A DNA stretch of 61,907 bases, the filler included, from Porpidia crustulata (Eukaryota): the NCBI GenBank assembly GCA_964255105.1. It is 21 parts of 21 records of this genome, joined end to end, with 100 filler letters (N's around TTAATTAATTAA, not from the genome) between each part and the next. Parts side by side here need not be neighbours in the genome. Positions count along the whole stretch, not along the records: positions 1 to 2,936 come from CAXUWE010002379.1; positions 3,037 to 5,966 come from CAXUWE010002380.1; positions 6,067 to 8,991 come from CAXUWE010002381.1; positions 9,092 to 12,005 come from CAXUWE010002382.1; positions 12,106 to 15,010 come from CAXUWE010002383.1; 16 more parts are not named here. The stretch is one strand, 5' to 3'. This document shows, in pieces, positions 1 to 12,157 of this stretch (positions within the stretch are counted from its first letter, which is position 1; every line of letters starts with the position of its first letter). A model generated the notes under the pieces. It saw only the letters and a list, made by a program, of their open reading frames with translations. It did no database searches and had not been told where the DNA came from. The position numbers and the translations under genes are program-made.

Positions 1-644
1 GTCGGGGTGGACGAGGGCGACGTGGTCGTTGCAGCAGATGACGTTGCCGAGGGCGGATAAGCGCTCTTCTATCCGTTGGATTTTGACGGAGTCGGGGATG
101 GAGTTGCGGAGGTGTTGGAGTTCTTGGTCGGTGGTTGAGGTGGGGACAAGGAGGCCTCTGCGGTTACTGTAGTAGGGGAGGCGGATGAGTTTAAAAGATT
201 GGAGAAGGTGGAGGATAGTAAAGATGGAAAGATTAGGAGAACTCACCCTGCTGTTAATCTTCCTACAATTCTCGTCCCGGCGATTGTGGCATGACATATG
301 GGTATCACGTCTTGCAGCTCGGCTTCGAAAACACTACAGTGATTTTGTCAGCTTCTCCCTTCTAGTTTCTCTTTACTTTTCATCTGATTGGCCGTTTCCA
401 GTCTCATTTGCACTGCTCTCATCATATGCAATTCTTTCCCCTACAATCAAAGAGCTCCTAAGAAGCTCAATCTAACACACCTGTAGAAGTTTTCCGAGGC
501 ACCAATCGCAACTATGGCATATGCATTTGTGAGAGTGGAAAAGACGCCGACTCTAAAGATAGGATTAGCAGGGGCATTGGCCAGAGGATGCAAAGGATAA
601 GAGACGGACTCATTGGAGTTCTCGAATTGGGCGCGGACGGCCAT
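1..644 (-). CDS. TIF6: Translation initiation factor 6 (eIF6), spliced, 3' end runs off the window
   Basis: Spliced translation [36 protein letters not shown]...[69 protein letters not shown]; three GT-AG introns. Confidence 0.96.
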
Positions 645-982
645 GGTGGCGTGTATCTGTGTTGTAGAGTCGGGAACTTTGTGATCTGATTGGAAGGTAA
701 AGGAAGAGATGAAGGTGCTAGAGCTCTGGTTATCAGTGTAGAGCGCACGAATTGGATACTATATGTATTGTCGAAAATCGTAATTTTCCATTCAGACCAT
801 GCAGTCACCTCGGTGGGGTATTTGCGAGGTGGGATGTCGGCGTATGGAGTCACCGACAAGGGTCCATATGAGTCATGTCGAGTCATCCAGATGAGTAATC
901 GACCATATAGCCTTATGGGATGGCTATTCCTTTCTTGGCTATCGACAAATCACCGACGTCCACCATCGATTGATCCTGCACG

Positions 983-1664
983 ATGGTGGTCTATTCCTTC
1001 TATATATTTGACCGGCATGGTGAGTTTGAGTCATCTGTCTCTATTCGCACTTGCTTATCTAGATTCCAGCGGAATGTATATACAAGAAGAAATGGACAAT
1101 GCGACCAATTGCTGAAGGCGGCCCGCAGTCAAAGTCACTCAGCGCTGAAGATGATGCGAAACTCGTCTTCGGGACCATATTTTCCTTGAGAAATATGGTA
1201 AAGAAACTTGGAGGGCCCGAGGACAAGTAAGTGTCCATCCTAAAGAAATTGTACTTGGAATTTGATCTAATGATCGGGGCACCTGAAGCTTCATATCGTA
1301 CCGTACCAGTCATTATAAGTTACATTATTATGAGACTCCGACCTCGCTGAAATTTGTCATGGTTACGGATACGGGAACCAACAACCTAAGGATCGTACTA
1401 CATCAGATATATGTGAGTCTGTATGTTGAGTATGGTACGTGCAATGCACTCAAAACATAGTATTTGTTGTTTTGACAACTAATCTGATTTCAGTTGTCAA
1501 GAATCCTCTATCCCCAGTAGAGCACCCGGGAGGCCTGGGGATGGATTGTGAATTATTTGAGCTAGGGGTAGAGCAATTTGTCGTAAGTCCTTATGGGTTG
1601 ATAGACTGAGAAATTCGAGTTGTGCTAATTCTATATTATCTAGGCTGCATCTCTGCAAAATTAG
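983..1664 (+). CDS. BET5: TRAPP complex subunit Bet5/TRAPPC1 (sybindin-like), spliced
   Basis: MVVYSFYIFDRH|AECIY...DDAKLVFGTIFSLRNMVKKLGG...FISYRTSHYKLHYYETPTSLKFVMVTD...LHQIYVSLYVEY|VVKNPLSP; four introns; stop TAG at 1662-1664. Confidence 0.9.
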
Positions 1665-2883
1665 TAGATGATCTTACAACGGAATTATGCTATGGTGCAA
1701 AGCTCGTCCTTGTGATCGACAGAAGAGTTGTACGCTCGGACTGATTGAAACAGCAACACTCATAATTGCAGAAATTAATTTGATCGATGGTGCTCTCCCT
1801 TGGCTTTACCTTAGCCTGTTGGAACCATACCGTGAATTTTCTGGAAAGCTTACGGTAATATCTCACCAACTGGCATCTGATAGGTACAAACGGCCTCCCC
1901 ATACTGAAGAGCAAAGCGATACACGCGATTGGGAAGCCATGCATGTCTATTCTCGCCGAGGTATCGAGAACCTCCACAGTCTCATTAAGACATCACAAAT
2001 GACAACTTATTGAAGAGATCTAAATCACGACTCATTATATGTACGCTTTTATCTGTCTGGAAATGTGATTTTGGCTAGTCCACCTCGAATCGGAACGAGC
2101 TCAGCCAACATCACCCTAAGATGAAAATCGTTTCGGGAGCCGGATTGGCCCATGTTCTCAATGCTTAACTGTGCCCTAGTTGGTCGCACTCAAGACGAAC
2201 TATACCGAGAAAACGTTACTGTTTGATCTACTCCGTAAAACAGGAAGATGAATCAAAGGATTCGTCACTGCCCTAAAACATCATCTTCCATTAGGTTGAT
2301 GGAGGCCTACCACAAAGGGCCTTGCCTATGAACGATGGCTACTACCGGCTTTGCCTCGGAAACGTTTCGGATATCTGGCCTATCTTCAAGCGAGGGTACG
2401 AAGGATCCACACTTGAATAAGTCACTTTACCCTAAAAGACCCGATATGAACAAAGATAATGTCCTTACCGCGCGATCTCATGCAGTGGTATTACTGAAGG
2501 GCATGGGTTTTTGCTTTCACCCTTTCAAAGACCATCAATCTGACATCTTGGATCCAGCAAAGATACACCTGATTATTCTCAATACACTGTGGCCAGAACA
2601 AACTGTGACCGTACCTAAATAGATGGTTGCATAAGCTCAATTTCACTCTCTAAGGTTCCGAATTCATCTGCAGAACAACTGGACAAGCTTCCTTGCCAAG
2701 ACAGATAAAGTGCCAGTAGGTTCGGGGGGAGCAGGGCAATCTTGGTAGCCTGGGGCTAAAGCATGTGCATTTGGAAGCGTTAGGAAGACCTCTCTGTTTG
2801 AAATGCTTCGAAATTTGTTTCACTCGTTACGGCCAGTAAATAGAGAGATTTGTTAGCACGGCTCACTAGTTAGTTTCGATATA

Positions 2884-2936
2884 ACGTAATCCGACACTAA
2901 ACGCACACCCCACCAAAATCAATCATCACCTCTATA
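2884..2936 (+). mobile_element. Fot1/pogo-type DNA transposon terminus (family A), at a contig end
   Basis: TA|ACGTAATCCGACACTAAACGCACACCCCACCAAAA; reverse complement of 9092-9145 minus one internal direct repeat. Confidence 0.7.
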
Positions 2937-3036
2937 NNNNNNNNNNNNNNNNNNNNNNNNNNNNNNNNNNNNNNNNNNNNTTAATTAATTAANNNNNNNN
3001 NNNNNNNNNNNNNNNNNNNNNNNNNNNNNNNNNNNN
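2937..3036. other. Artificial contig-joining linker (44N-TTAATTAATTAA-44N). Repeated at 5967, 8992, 12006, 15011, 18010, 21003, 23981, 26951, 29918, 32884, 35839, 38767, 41692, 44615, 47533, 50442, 53346, 56220 and 59070
   Basis: Identical 100-nt spacer with stops in all six frames; genes are truncated at it; contig lengths generally decline along the window. Confidence 0.99.
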
Positions 3037-3449
3037 CCCCAGGCCCTCCCCCGGAATTTAGGTTTTAGCGAAAACCCTTAGCAGGCTTAGCTGAACAATC
3101 GTAGGAGTGTGACGCTACGTATCCGGACTCTTAATAAACTCATCCTCCCTCATCGTTCATTGATGGTGACCAGAATAACACTGCAGCTTTAGAGTTGTCT
3201 TGCTATACTCTGTTCACTCGTCTGAACAGTAAATTGAAGTCTGATTCATCATCTACATAAAATCCTCATCTAGCTCTGCTTTGTCCCATGTAGAGCCAGA
3301 AAGCATTCCTCCAACATTCCTTCAACTCCAACCTCTACAACCCAACCGTGCTTACCACTATAGACCTGCTTACAACCCTAAATTTCCACACACACATAAC
3401 TTGATCCTTCTCCAAGAAGGACGGTATAGATCACAGCAAATTACCCAGT

Positions 3450-5088
3450 ATGGGTGTCACTAACACCGAGTTTCCCCTCCTGGGTGGAGTTGGCCTGTAC
3501 GTGACAGACACTGCCGGAAATGGTTTGTTAATCCCCTTTTCCCCACAACTGCAAGTAATCAATCTTCTAATTATTCCCAGGTAATTGTCTCTTCCATGCT
3601 CTCTCCGACCAGCTTTACGGTGATCAATCGAAGCATCATGAGATTCGCTCTAGTGTCATCGACTACATGCGCGAGCAAGGCCCCTACTACAAACAATTCA
3701 TCGAGGTCCACCCTGGTGGCGGCACCCGTCGTAACCCAAAGCGTAAGAATGCTGGATCATTTGCTACGCCATTCAACGCTGTCGGACCCACTGCTGCAGA
3801 AATCAATCGTGTTTTCGAGGATCACCTGCAGACAATGGCTCGTGGTGGGACTTATGGCGATAATATGGAGATTTCGGCATTTAGTACCAAATTCAACGTG
3901 GTAGTGAAGATCTATATGCGGGATTTTGCCTACCTGGTGTCAGCAGTCCCCGAGGGTACTGGGGTACAGACGGTGCATATCGCCTATCATGTAAGTGTGT
4001 TTCTGTCGAAGTCTGTCGTGCTTCGTGGTCGATTAGATGCTGACCATTTGCCTCACTAGACCTGGGAGCACTACTCTTCCATTCGTAACCGCGCTGGCCC
4101 TCATACTGGCATTCCCAATGTCAAGTACACCCACGCATCTGCAGAATCGGAGAAGGTGATTAAGGAGAAGCTGAGCCAGATCCCTTACGTCCAGCCCTGG
4201 ATGATCAACACTGTGATGTCATCCTTACCATACCTCGCCGACCGTGCAACAATCCAAAAGACGCTGGAAGAATGCAAAGGCAGTGTTGACAATGCCGTCT
4301 CGAAGCTTCTCGACGCCGAGGATCAGAGCAGTGCTTCAGCGAGTCAAGGCAGCTCCAGCGTGGAGCGAGACCCGGATAGCGAGGACGAAGATGTCGTCTC
4401 CATGGCACGCAAGAAGCAGGATCGTCGTCTCAGTCGTGCAACGCGTGCTGTACTCGAGAAGAAAGAAGAACAACGTCGTAAACACGAGCTCGCCGTCCGT
4501 CTGAAACAGCGCGCCCTTCCTTCCACAAAGGAATCATCATCGACTCCAGAGCCTGAGTCGTTAAAAGCCATCAAAGCCCATGATACCGATGAGACCGAAG
4601 AGGAAGATTGGCAAAACACTTCTCCTTATAAGGGATCAGCAGCTACCTCGATCTCTACGTCATCGTCCGACAATACTACTGCCGGCAAGGCTCGTCTTGG
4701 TGGGGTGCGTTTAAAGCTTTCTCAGCCTAAGCAGCCAGATAATATCATTAATCTGACTTCGAATGATCCTAATTTGAGCCTTCCGGTCGTCAAGAATCCA
4801 GCATTAAAAGGCCATCGTGAGAACGCTGCTAGCCACGCTAACGGCCATAACGGCGCCAAGGATAGGACAACCGAATGGAAGCCGGCGCCATCACCTAAGC
4901 GTCTTACTGCTCGCGACAGGCATGACTTGAAGAAGGCAGCTCAGAAATCTGCGGCTAAAGAACGTAAGAAGGGGGTGGCTTATGTTGTCAAGAAGCCAAA
5001 GAAAGACGTAGCCGCTCCATTTACGCAATCGAAAGCCAAGGAATATTCCCCGCCTATCGAGAGTCACATCAAGGTCCTCTACATCTAA
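3450..5088 (+). CDS. OTU-like cysteine protease (deubiquitinase) with a CUE-like segment and a disordered C-terminus
   Basis: AGNGNCLFHALSDQLYG (catalytic Cys loop), GTYGDNMEISAF, HIAYH|TWEHYSSIRN (catalytic His); introns near 3523-3581 and 3991-4060. Confidence 0.88.
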
Positions 5089-6066
5089 GAACGTTAAACC
5101 CAACCAATCTACACCTACAATCACCATGTCAATACCATCGCCATCAGCATCCAACATCATCGCCCAGCATCTCTCCACTATCACGTTACATAAATATCAT
5201 ATCCTCGCTTACATCCACACCACCACATCACACCTCTCAATTCTTGCATACTTGGCGGCATAGCGAAGCATTTATCCGGCGTCCCCCAATTTATTACCCC
5301 AGCATCAGCGTCATCATATACGGAACGATCTGCATTACCCGGTAGGGTCGGTGAAGGCAAGGAAGTGCTCCGTACAACCCTTCACCACCCTCACCATATC
5401 GATGAAAACATCCCCGGTTCAGCGAAGGAGCTCTGTCGGCGTTTGTCGTGTATTTAGTGTATTTTTTTGGTTTTTTTGCGTGTGGCTTGTATTTATTCAA
5501 TCTGCCATGGATCTCGCTTACAGCGAAGCCTTCAACTCAGGTCAAGCAGCTGTATCCTTCTCGAACGAAGCACGATTGGGCGATATTTTTCCAATGAGAA
5601 GGAACAAGATGCCTCAATCAGCGGCGAAACCCCCTCGGGAACCGGCCATTCATTCGAGCAGGATCCTGCAGCTAAGCCGAGCAGTACGATGTATTTCCAT
5701 TCACAGATATCATGTGGCGGGTGCATAACCCCCCCACATCACCGAGGCGATCCCTTGTCCTCTCGATGTCAACACTCGAGGCGCGAAAGAAAGCCTCGGA
5801 CTTTGCTCCGACATCTTGGTTTTCAGGATAGATTAGAGCTAGCTATATGTAGATAGAGAAATCGTGAAAATAAGACCTTGAGAACGTTGATGGGATTTTG
5901 GGGGTTTGATTGTGGTGTTGTGCTCCATCGTGGCTCTGTCGGTGTCTCCCTCCCTCCTCCCATATCNNNNNNNNNNNNNNNNNNNNNNNNNNNNNNNNNN
6001 NNNNNNNNNNTTAATTAATTAANNNNNNNNNNNNNNNNNNNNNNNNNNNNNNNNNNNNNNNNNNNN

Positions 6067-6402
6067 CAATCTAGGCTTCTCTGCCGGCCCCTCCATCACA
6101 GCCCATTTGAAATAAGAGAAACGCTGTGTCTCTCCGCCGCACGATGTTGCATTGCTCCACTCGCAAACGCCGTGAGCGTCGATTCCTTGTAGGACGAGAT
6201 CCATGCCGACCTCGGGCGGGATGTGTTCACCGATAATTTTGATACAGGCGTCTTCCAGCTGCTCGTAGAATCCGGGGGCGCCGGGACCGACGAAGATTGT
6301 AGGGACTTCGCCCGTGTACTCGAGGTTGGTTTTCATAGACATTTTGAGAAAGAGATGGAACTTCGTGGTTTGAGATATGAGTGTGGGTGTAGGGTCTTGC
6401 AA
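6067..6402 (-). CDS. Hypothetical protein fragment, truncated at the contig edge
   Basis: Open frame of about 110 codons with protein-like composition; no family recognised. Confidence 0.3.
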
Positions 6403-7275
6403 GATGAGATATTTGTAGATCTTCCGATACAGGGGTTCTTGAGATCGTGTCGGGATTAGTGTTTACTTGCACTGATACAAGGAAGTGTTGCTGAAATTCG
6501 TCGATAACAAATCGATTGAAGCTGGTGGTGAGGATTATGTCGAAGTGTGTTGATTCACGAAGACCAATTGCAAGTCATCGATAAAAGAAACCCTCTAGTA
6601 ATGAATCATAGACTGAGCAATTGAACATGCAAGTCAGCATATTCCATGGTCACCTTTAGACAGAAGCCCTTTCGCAGCAGTCCTATTGTAGTAGCATACG
6701 TGCTCGTACATACTAGTCCCCCACAGACTGTGTTGGGCGTCAGAACAGTACAAGTATCTTTAATATTTCTTTTAGCAGGTGTTGCTTCATGCGCTGCTTT
6801 CTGATCCACATCCTCTGTATCTCCGATTCTGACTAGTACATGAGACTTTCATCGACAGGAGGGTGAGTGATATCAATACTCTTCTTCAATCGATTCTGAA
6901 AGGACATATCTGTAGTAGTCCAAAGAAAAACCATCTTACATGCAAATTAACCAGGTGGTGAATCTACTTGGTGTTGAGAATCCCTGTTAGATTGCGGGAC
7001 CTTGACTGGAAAAGCATGATTGTAAATTTCACGTGATCAAGTAAGCTTCTTGGTTTCTCAATAGCTTGATTCCTAAATTCTGGAAGATCCATCTGGATGT
7101 CTATGCCATTTCTTTCACTACTGCTGCCTCTGTCGCCCAGTTCCAAGTAATGGTTCCACATTTGCTCCTTCAGGCACAGTATTAATGGCCTTCCGTACCA
7201 CTGCTCATCTTGACGCCTCCAACCGGTAGTCTCTGAATTGTGGCGTCTCCTGTCAAACAAAGTTGACCGTGCCCG

Positions 7276-8544
7276 TCAATTGTTTGACGTTGCTCCTGCT
7301 ATGATTTGACGATGAGAGAAACACTTCGCCGTATCGACAAGGATATCCAGCGCTGCTTTCATTTGTGGTCCGTGGTAGTAAATACCTATGACCCTTATAT
7401 TGCCATCGCCAGAGAGCTTCTTCCTAAAAGTCAATCTAATTGGTAATTTCATTGGTTCAACTAGACGACAGTCTGAGCTTAGTGGCTTCTTAATGACGGA
7501 GGCGGAGAGAATGGGGTTCTTAGATAGCGCGGGAAAGACAAGGTAATATGTTGTAAATGCTCTGTATTCTTTCAAGCTGAATAGGGAGATACTTTTCAAA
7601 GAAGGAAAATTGATCTTCAGGTCTTCTAGAAAGGTCATCCAAGTACCGCCGCACTCTAGCTTGAGAGTATCGAGGATCAATTCTCGTAGACTGCTGCGAC
7701 AACTAATCATCAGGTTTTGAATCCATTCTAGAGTGACATCCATATGTGTAAGCTTGAGATACCGAAGCTTTAGAAAAGTGTTGGCACTGAAAGGTCGTTC
7801 AATTAGTGATATACGGTTGTAGAACCTCAAAGACAGCTTCTGAAGTCTTGGCGCACTTAGAATAAGACCCATTACCCAATCTGACTCCTCCTCTTGTATG
7901 CTGTGGTTGAGATAGAGCTCTGTTAAGTGTACCCACCCCGAGCGAAAGTCGGTTTGTCGACAATGCGACATTCCGAATCGATTTGCGTGCAGTCCCTTCG
8001 AACCGCTATCCAGCTTACAGCTGATGGAGAAAGATCTTACCTCGAGACCGTCCTTGGCAATAATGGCTAAGACAATCCCAACGATATCGCTGCATATAAT
8101 TTCAACACCTTCGCTGGAGACACCTCCCTCGTTGTGAATGAAGATACAAAAAGATCTGCAGTTTATCAATCTTGTAGCAAGAATACCTCGCAGGATTGAA
8201 GGAACGGATAGCGGCGCCTCGAGGTACTTCGACGGCGTTTCTTCCCTTGAAAAACCCGCTGTTAAATCATTGAACCACCGATCCATGATGTATGGAGAGC
8301 TTCTTTTGAGGACCAATGTGTGAACATGATATCTCAGAACCTCATTCTCGGAGATGTTCTGCAACTTCTGCATTTCCTTTTTAGAAAGATCTGTGTAAAA
8401 CGTCGAGCAAGCGTTGCCGAAAGAATGGAATGTTTTACGGCAAAGGTCCTTGCAAACAAGCCGAAGAGAGCACAGATCCTTATTGTCCAGCAAGTCGGCG
8501 ATAAGTTCCATAACCTCAACAGCGACGTCGAGTAGGCTGAGCAT
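7276..8544 (-). CDS. F-box-like protein with an LRR/RNI-like C-terminus
   Basis: 422-aa ORF; N-terminal LLDVAVEVMELIADLLDNKDLCSLRLVCKDL (F-box pattern); repeated LxxLxL motifs (LTELYL, LQKLSL, LRYLKL, LRELIL, LKSISL). Confidence 0.75.
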   Translation of the reverse strand: MLSLLDVAVEVMELIADLLDNKDLCSLRLVCKDLCRKTFHSFGNACSTFYTDLSKKEMQKLQNISENEVLRYHVHTLVLKRSSPYIMDRWFNDLTAGFSREETPSKYLEAPLSVPSILRGILATRLINCRSFCIFIHNEGGVSSEGVEIICSDIVGIVLAIIAKDGLEVRSFSISCKLDSGSKGLHANRFGMSHCRQTDFRSGWVHLTELYLNHSIQEEESDWVMGLILSAPRLQKLSLRFYNRISLIERPFSANTFLKLRYLKLTHMDVTLEWIQNLMISCRSSLRELILDTLKLECGGTWMTFLEDLKINFPSLKSISLFSLKEYRAFTTYYLVFPALSKNPILSASVIKKPLSSDCRLVEPMKLPIRLTFRKKLSGDGNIRVIGIYYHGPQMKAALDILVDTAKCFSHRQIIAGATSNN

Positions 8545-9091
8545 GTTTTCTGGACTGGGAATTCAGGCGGGATAGAGGGGATTTGACTACAAAGCTTCGA
8601 GATCCTTCAAGCCCTTGCTATTGCTCTTTGACTCAAGAGAACGCGAAGATCAGTGTGTTAGTCAACAAAACTAACATAGAACCGGATTACTTGAACCATT
8701 CACCAATCGACTTTCGTGATGTGGTAACACCGTAAAGGATCAGAATGAGGGTTGTAGCAATTAGTCCAACACCTAAGTTCTCCTCTTGATCGCGATACAC
8801 ATATCTGAGCCATGGAGGAGATAAGTGACGATTCAAGATCCGAGTAAGCTAATGAGTAGTGTTAGACCCGCCCGAACCCTGTTCTTATAGCTACGCGGGT
8901 AGCGTGTAACCACAGGCACGCTCTGTAGGATCTGTCCACAGAGCAACAGGAGCATAGGCTCTTGGCACGATTCTCCTATGTCTATATAATGNNNNNNNNN
9001 NNNNNNNNNNNNNNNNNNNNNNNNNNNNNNNNNNNTTAATTAATTAANNNNNNNNNNNNNNNNNNNNNNNNNNNNNNNNNNNNNNNNNNNN

Positions 9092-9143
9092 TTTTGGTGG
9101 GGTGTGCGTTTAGTGTCGACGTGCGTTTAGTGTCGGATTACGT
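9092..9143 (-). mobile_element. Fot1/pogo-type transposon terminal inverted repeat (family A), followed by a TA target site
   Basis: Reverse complement reads TA|ACGTAATC-CGACACTAAACGCAC-GT-CGACACTAAACGCAC-ACCCCACC, with a duplicated internal motif; matches 2884-2918. Confidence 0.75.
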
Positions 9144-9323
9144 TATAGCCTTCGTAATGTTTACCGTGTATCTCATTTTGATATCTTGGCGTGAGACTCT
9201 GACTGTATTTTATTTGACAATACCGTCAAGTTTCCTTGCATTCTACGCCGTCAATCTGTATCTGAGCGACTACGGCCGATCAAACTGAATAAAACTGCTC
9301 TGCAGTCCTCTTCTTTAGCTGAA

Positions 9324-12005
9324 ATGGATGAGCCCCTAAATCTATTGGCATTAGGTGCGCCATCACGCACTTCTATGATCTTCCATACTAATTTGCTTAC
9401 AGATGGTGGGGGGATCCGGGGTGTGTCCATGCTTCTGATATTGGATGAGATTATGAAACGAATACAGCACGACAAGGGTCTCGCAGATCCGCCCCGACCG
9501 TGCGAATATTTTCATCTCATCGGCGGGACCAGCACAGGTGGGTATGTTGGTCCTATCGATCATGTCGAAAAATTTGCGGTGCTAACTAATTACAGCCTTA
9601 TTGCTCTGATGCTTGGTCGAATACAAATGACAATCAGAGATGCTTTGCGAACGTACAATAAGATTGCAGGATCTGTATTTTGCAAATCGAATCGAAAGCG
9701 CTCCTTCAAGGATGGAGCTTTCAAAGCAACGACGTTAGAGAAACAGATCCAGAGCCTGGTAGCCGAAAAAGCGTTGGGAGAATACATATTGCACGAGAAA
9801 GACAAAGTAGCTACAAAGACCTTTGTGTGCACAGTCCCCGCGACCAACATGGCTCATCCGCGACTGTTCAGAAGCTATACAGTGCGGGAAAATGCAGGTA
9901 CAAATTGCAAGATCTGGGAAGCCGCACGAGCGACGACAGCGGCGCCTACCTTCTTTAAACGTATGACGATCATGGACGATGGGGGGGCGCGGGAGGACTT
10001 CCTGGACGGTGGGCTGCGCTTCAACAACCCTGCACAGCTGGTCCTTAGCGAGGCTTTTACGGTCTTTGGGGGTGCCTCAAAGCTTGGATGTCTGATTAGT
10101 ATTGGAACGGGTCATCCTGGTACTATAGGACTGTCTCAGCCGGACGCCTTTCAGAAGATCCTTCCCACAGAAATGATTGGGGTTCTGAAGCAAATTGCAA
10201 CAAACTGTGAACAAACTGCTAATGAGCTAGCAGGACGATTTCGGCAGCGGCCGAATCGATATTTCCGTTACAGTGTTAGTCATGGGGTTGGCAGCATATC
10301 CCTTGAGGAGTAGAAAAAGATGGATGAGGTTCAAGTTCACACCAAAGCCTATCTGGCAGAGGTAGAGGTTTCAACCTCGATCAACAAATTGGTAGAAATT
10401 CTTTGTCGAGCGAGTGAAATACAACGGCCTGAACTTTCCATGCAATCAATATGTCAGTTATGACGCAATACAGCAGGAATTATTCATCTCTTTGGCCCGT
10501 CTTGATCCGCTCCTGCTCTATAAGGGACTAACTTTGAAGTAGGCCTGGCCGTTCCAGAATCGGCAACCGAGCCGACGTCTAGGTTACCCGTCAAATATCA
10601 ACCACGATCCAGCAGTATTTTTACAGGTCGAGACGACTTCCTAAAGGCTTTAGAAGAGTTTTTTAGTGGCCAGGCCCTGAACAGCAGTTACGGCGCGAGT
10701 ACCTGTTGTTCGGTATGGGAGGCGCAGGCAAGACTCAAATCGCTTTGAAGTTTGGCGAAATTTATCAACAAAAGCAAGTGCATATGGTTTTCTTCATATA
10801 TTTACTGTGACTGATTTAATGAGAACAGATATGAACATGTTTTCTGGATTGATGGAAGTAATAGAGATACCCTTGAACAGAGCTACAAAACCATAGCCCT
10901 AAAAATCGGCTTCATCTCTGATAAGAAGGTTTCCTTGGAAGAAGCTTTACAAGAACTAGGATGCTACCGAGGTAGATGGCTTCTCATATTTGATGGGGCT
11001 GACAGCCTTGAGGATGTCTTGGGCCTTTTCCCTCCTGGCATACATGGTGATATTGTTTATACGAGCAGAAATCGGATGCTGCGAAGACTCCCTGCATCTC
11101 AAACGCGGCACGTCGCGGAAATGGACCATGACAAAGCGTCGGCGCTTCTATCAAAATCTGCACGTCTAAACATATCATCAGAGGACTATCAGAAACAAGG
11201 GTCAGCCATTGTTGAAGAGCTTGGATACCTTGCTCTTGCAATCGATCAAGCTGGCGCGTACATAGCGAGTGGCGAATGCCATCTTGACGACTTCTTGAAC
11301 GTCTTTAATACACATCGTCAGCATCTGCTACAGATCGACGCCTACAAAGGAGCTTCGGAAAGTGACCGAGCAGTTTACGCCACATGGGACCTATCATATG
11401 CTGCAATACGTCGACAGGCCAATGCAGCCGTAAATGAAGCCTTTTGTCAGGGTCCGAAAGCTGCACTGCAGATTCTGCGGGTATTTCCATTCTTCCATAA
11501 CGAAGGGATCATGGAAGACATATTCAGATTTGCTGCCGAGAACTCCAAAAGCCAGACTGAGACAGAATGCGAAGTAGACGATCGATTCCCATCAGCTTTG
11601 CTCCAACTTCGTCCAGATGGAAGGTGGGAAAGCCAAAGCTTTCGCCAAGGGATTCAGACACTACTCTCTTCCTCTTTGGTAGGGCAAGAAAACTTTCAAC
11701 GGCGATTCTTTATGCATCGGCTTGTCCATCTGTGGGCTTATGATTGTTTAACAAGCGCCGAAAAAGACCGCTTTTGCGATCAAGCTGGAGATGTTCTCCA
11801 GAGATCTATCGCTTGGAGGTTCGGATCGAGCGATTATGCTTTCCGACGCGACTTATTACCCCACATCGCTAGTCTTCAGTGTCAGTTAAGTCTATCCTTA
11901 GTGAAGTCTAAAGAGGGAATAGCAGAGTTTGCATTAGTCTTCTCGGAAGCTGGACGATGGAAGGAGGCCGAGGAGCTAGAGGTGCGAGTGATGGAGACAA
12001 CGAAG
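9324..12005 (+). pseudogene. Patatin-like phospholipase / NB-ARC / TPR fungal NLR (PLP-1-like), disrupted by a premature TAG and a frameshift; 3' truncated
   Basis: Patatin motifs DGGGIRG, GTSTGG and DGG; TAG at 10311 within LEE*KKMDEV; FTGR followed by P-loop GMGGAGKTQIA in a shifted frame; Walker B WLLIFDGAD; LGYLALAIDQAGAYI; MHRLVH; start of TPR GRWKEAEELEVRVME. Confidence 0.85.
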
Positions 12006-12105
12006 NNNNNNNNNNNNNNNNNNNNNNNNNNNNNNNNNNNNNNNNNNNNTTAATTAATTAANNNNNNNNNNNNNNNNNNNNNNNNNNNNNNNNNNNNNNN
12101 NNNNN

Positions 12106-12157
12106 GTAAAGTGGGGTGTGCACGGGACCGGAACGTGCACGGGCCCGGGAATACTCC
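12106..12157 (-). mobile_element. Fot1/pogo-type transposon terminus (family B), followed by TA
   Basis: 12107-12159 is identical to 30018-30070; internal imperfect direct repeat GTGCACGGGA/CCCGG; flanks diverge immediately after the TA. Confidence 0.7.

Noticed and set aside
2884..9143. Family A ends in inverted orientation seeming to bracket a 6-kb composite transposon
   Set aside because: The interval spans three linkers, so the enclosed OTU and F-box genes are not shown to be cargo.
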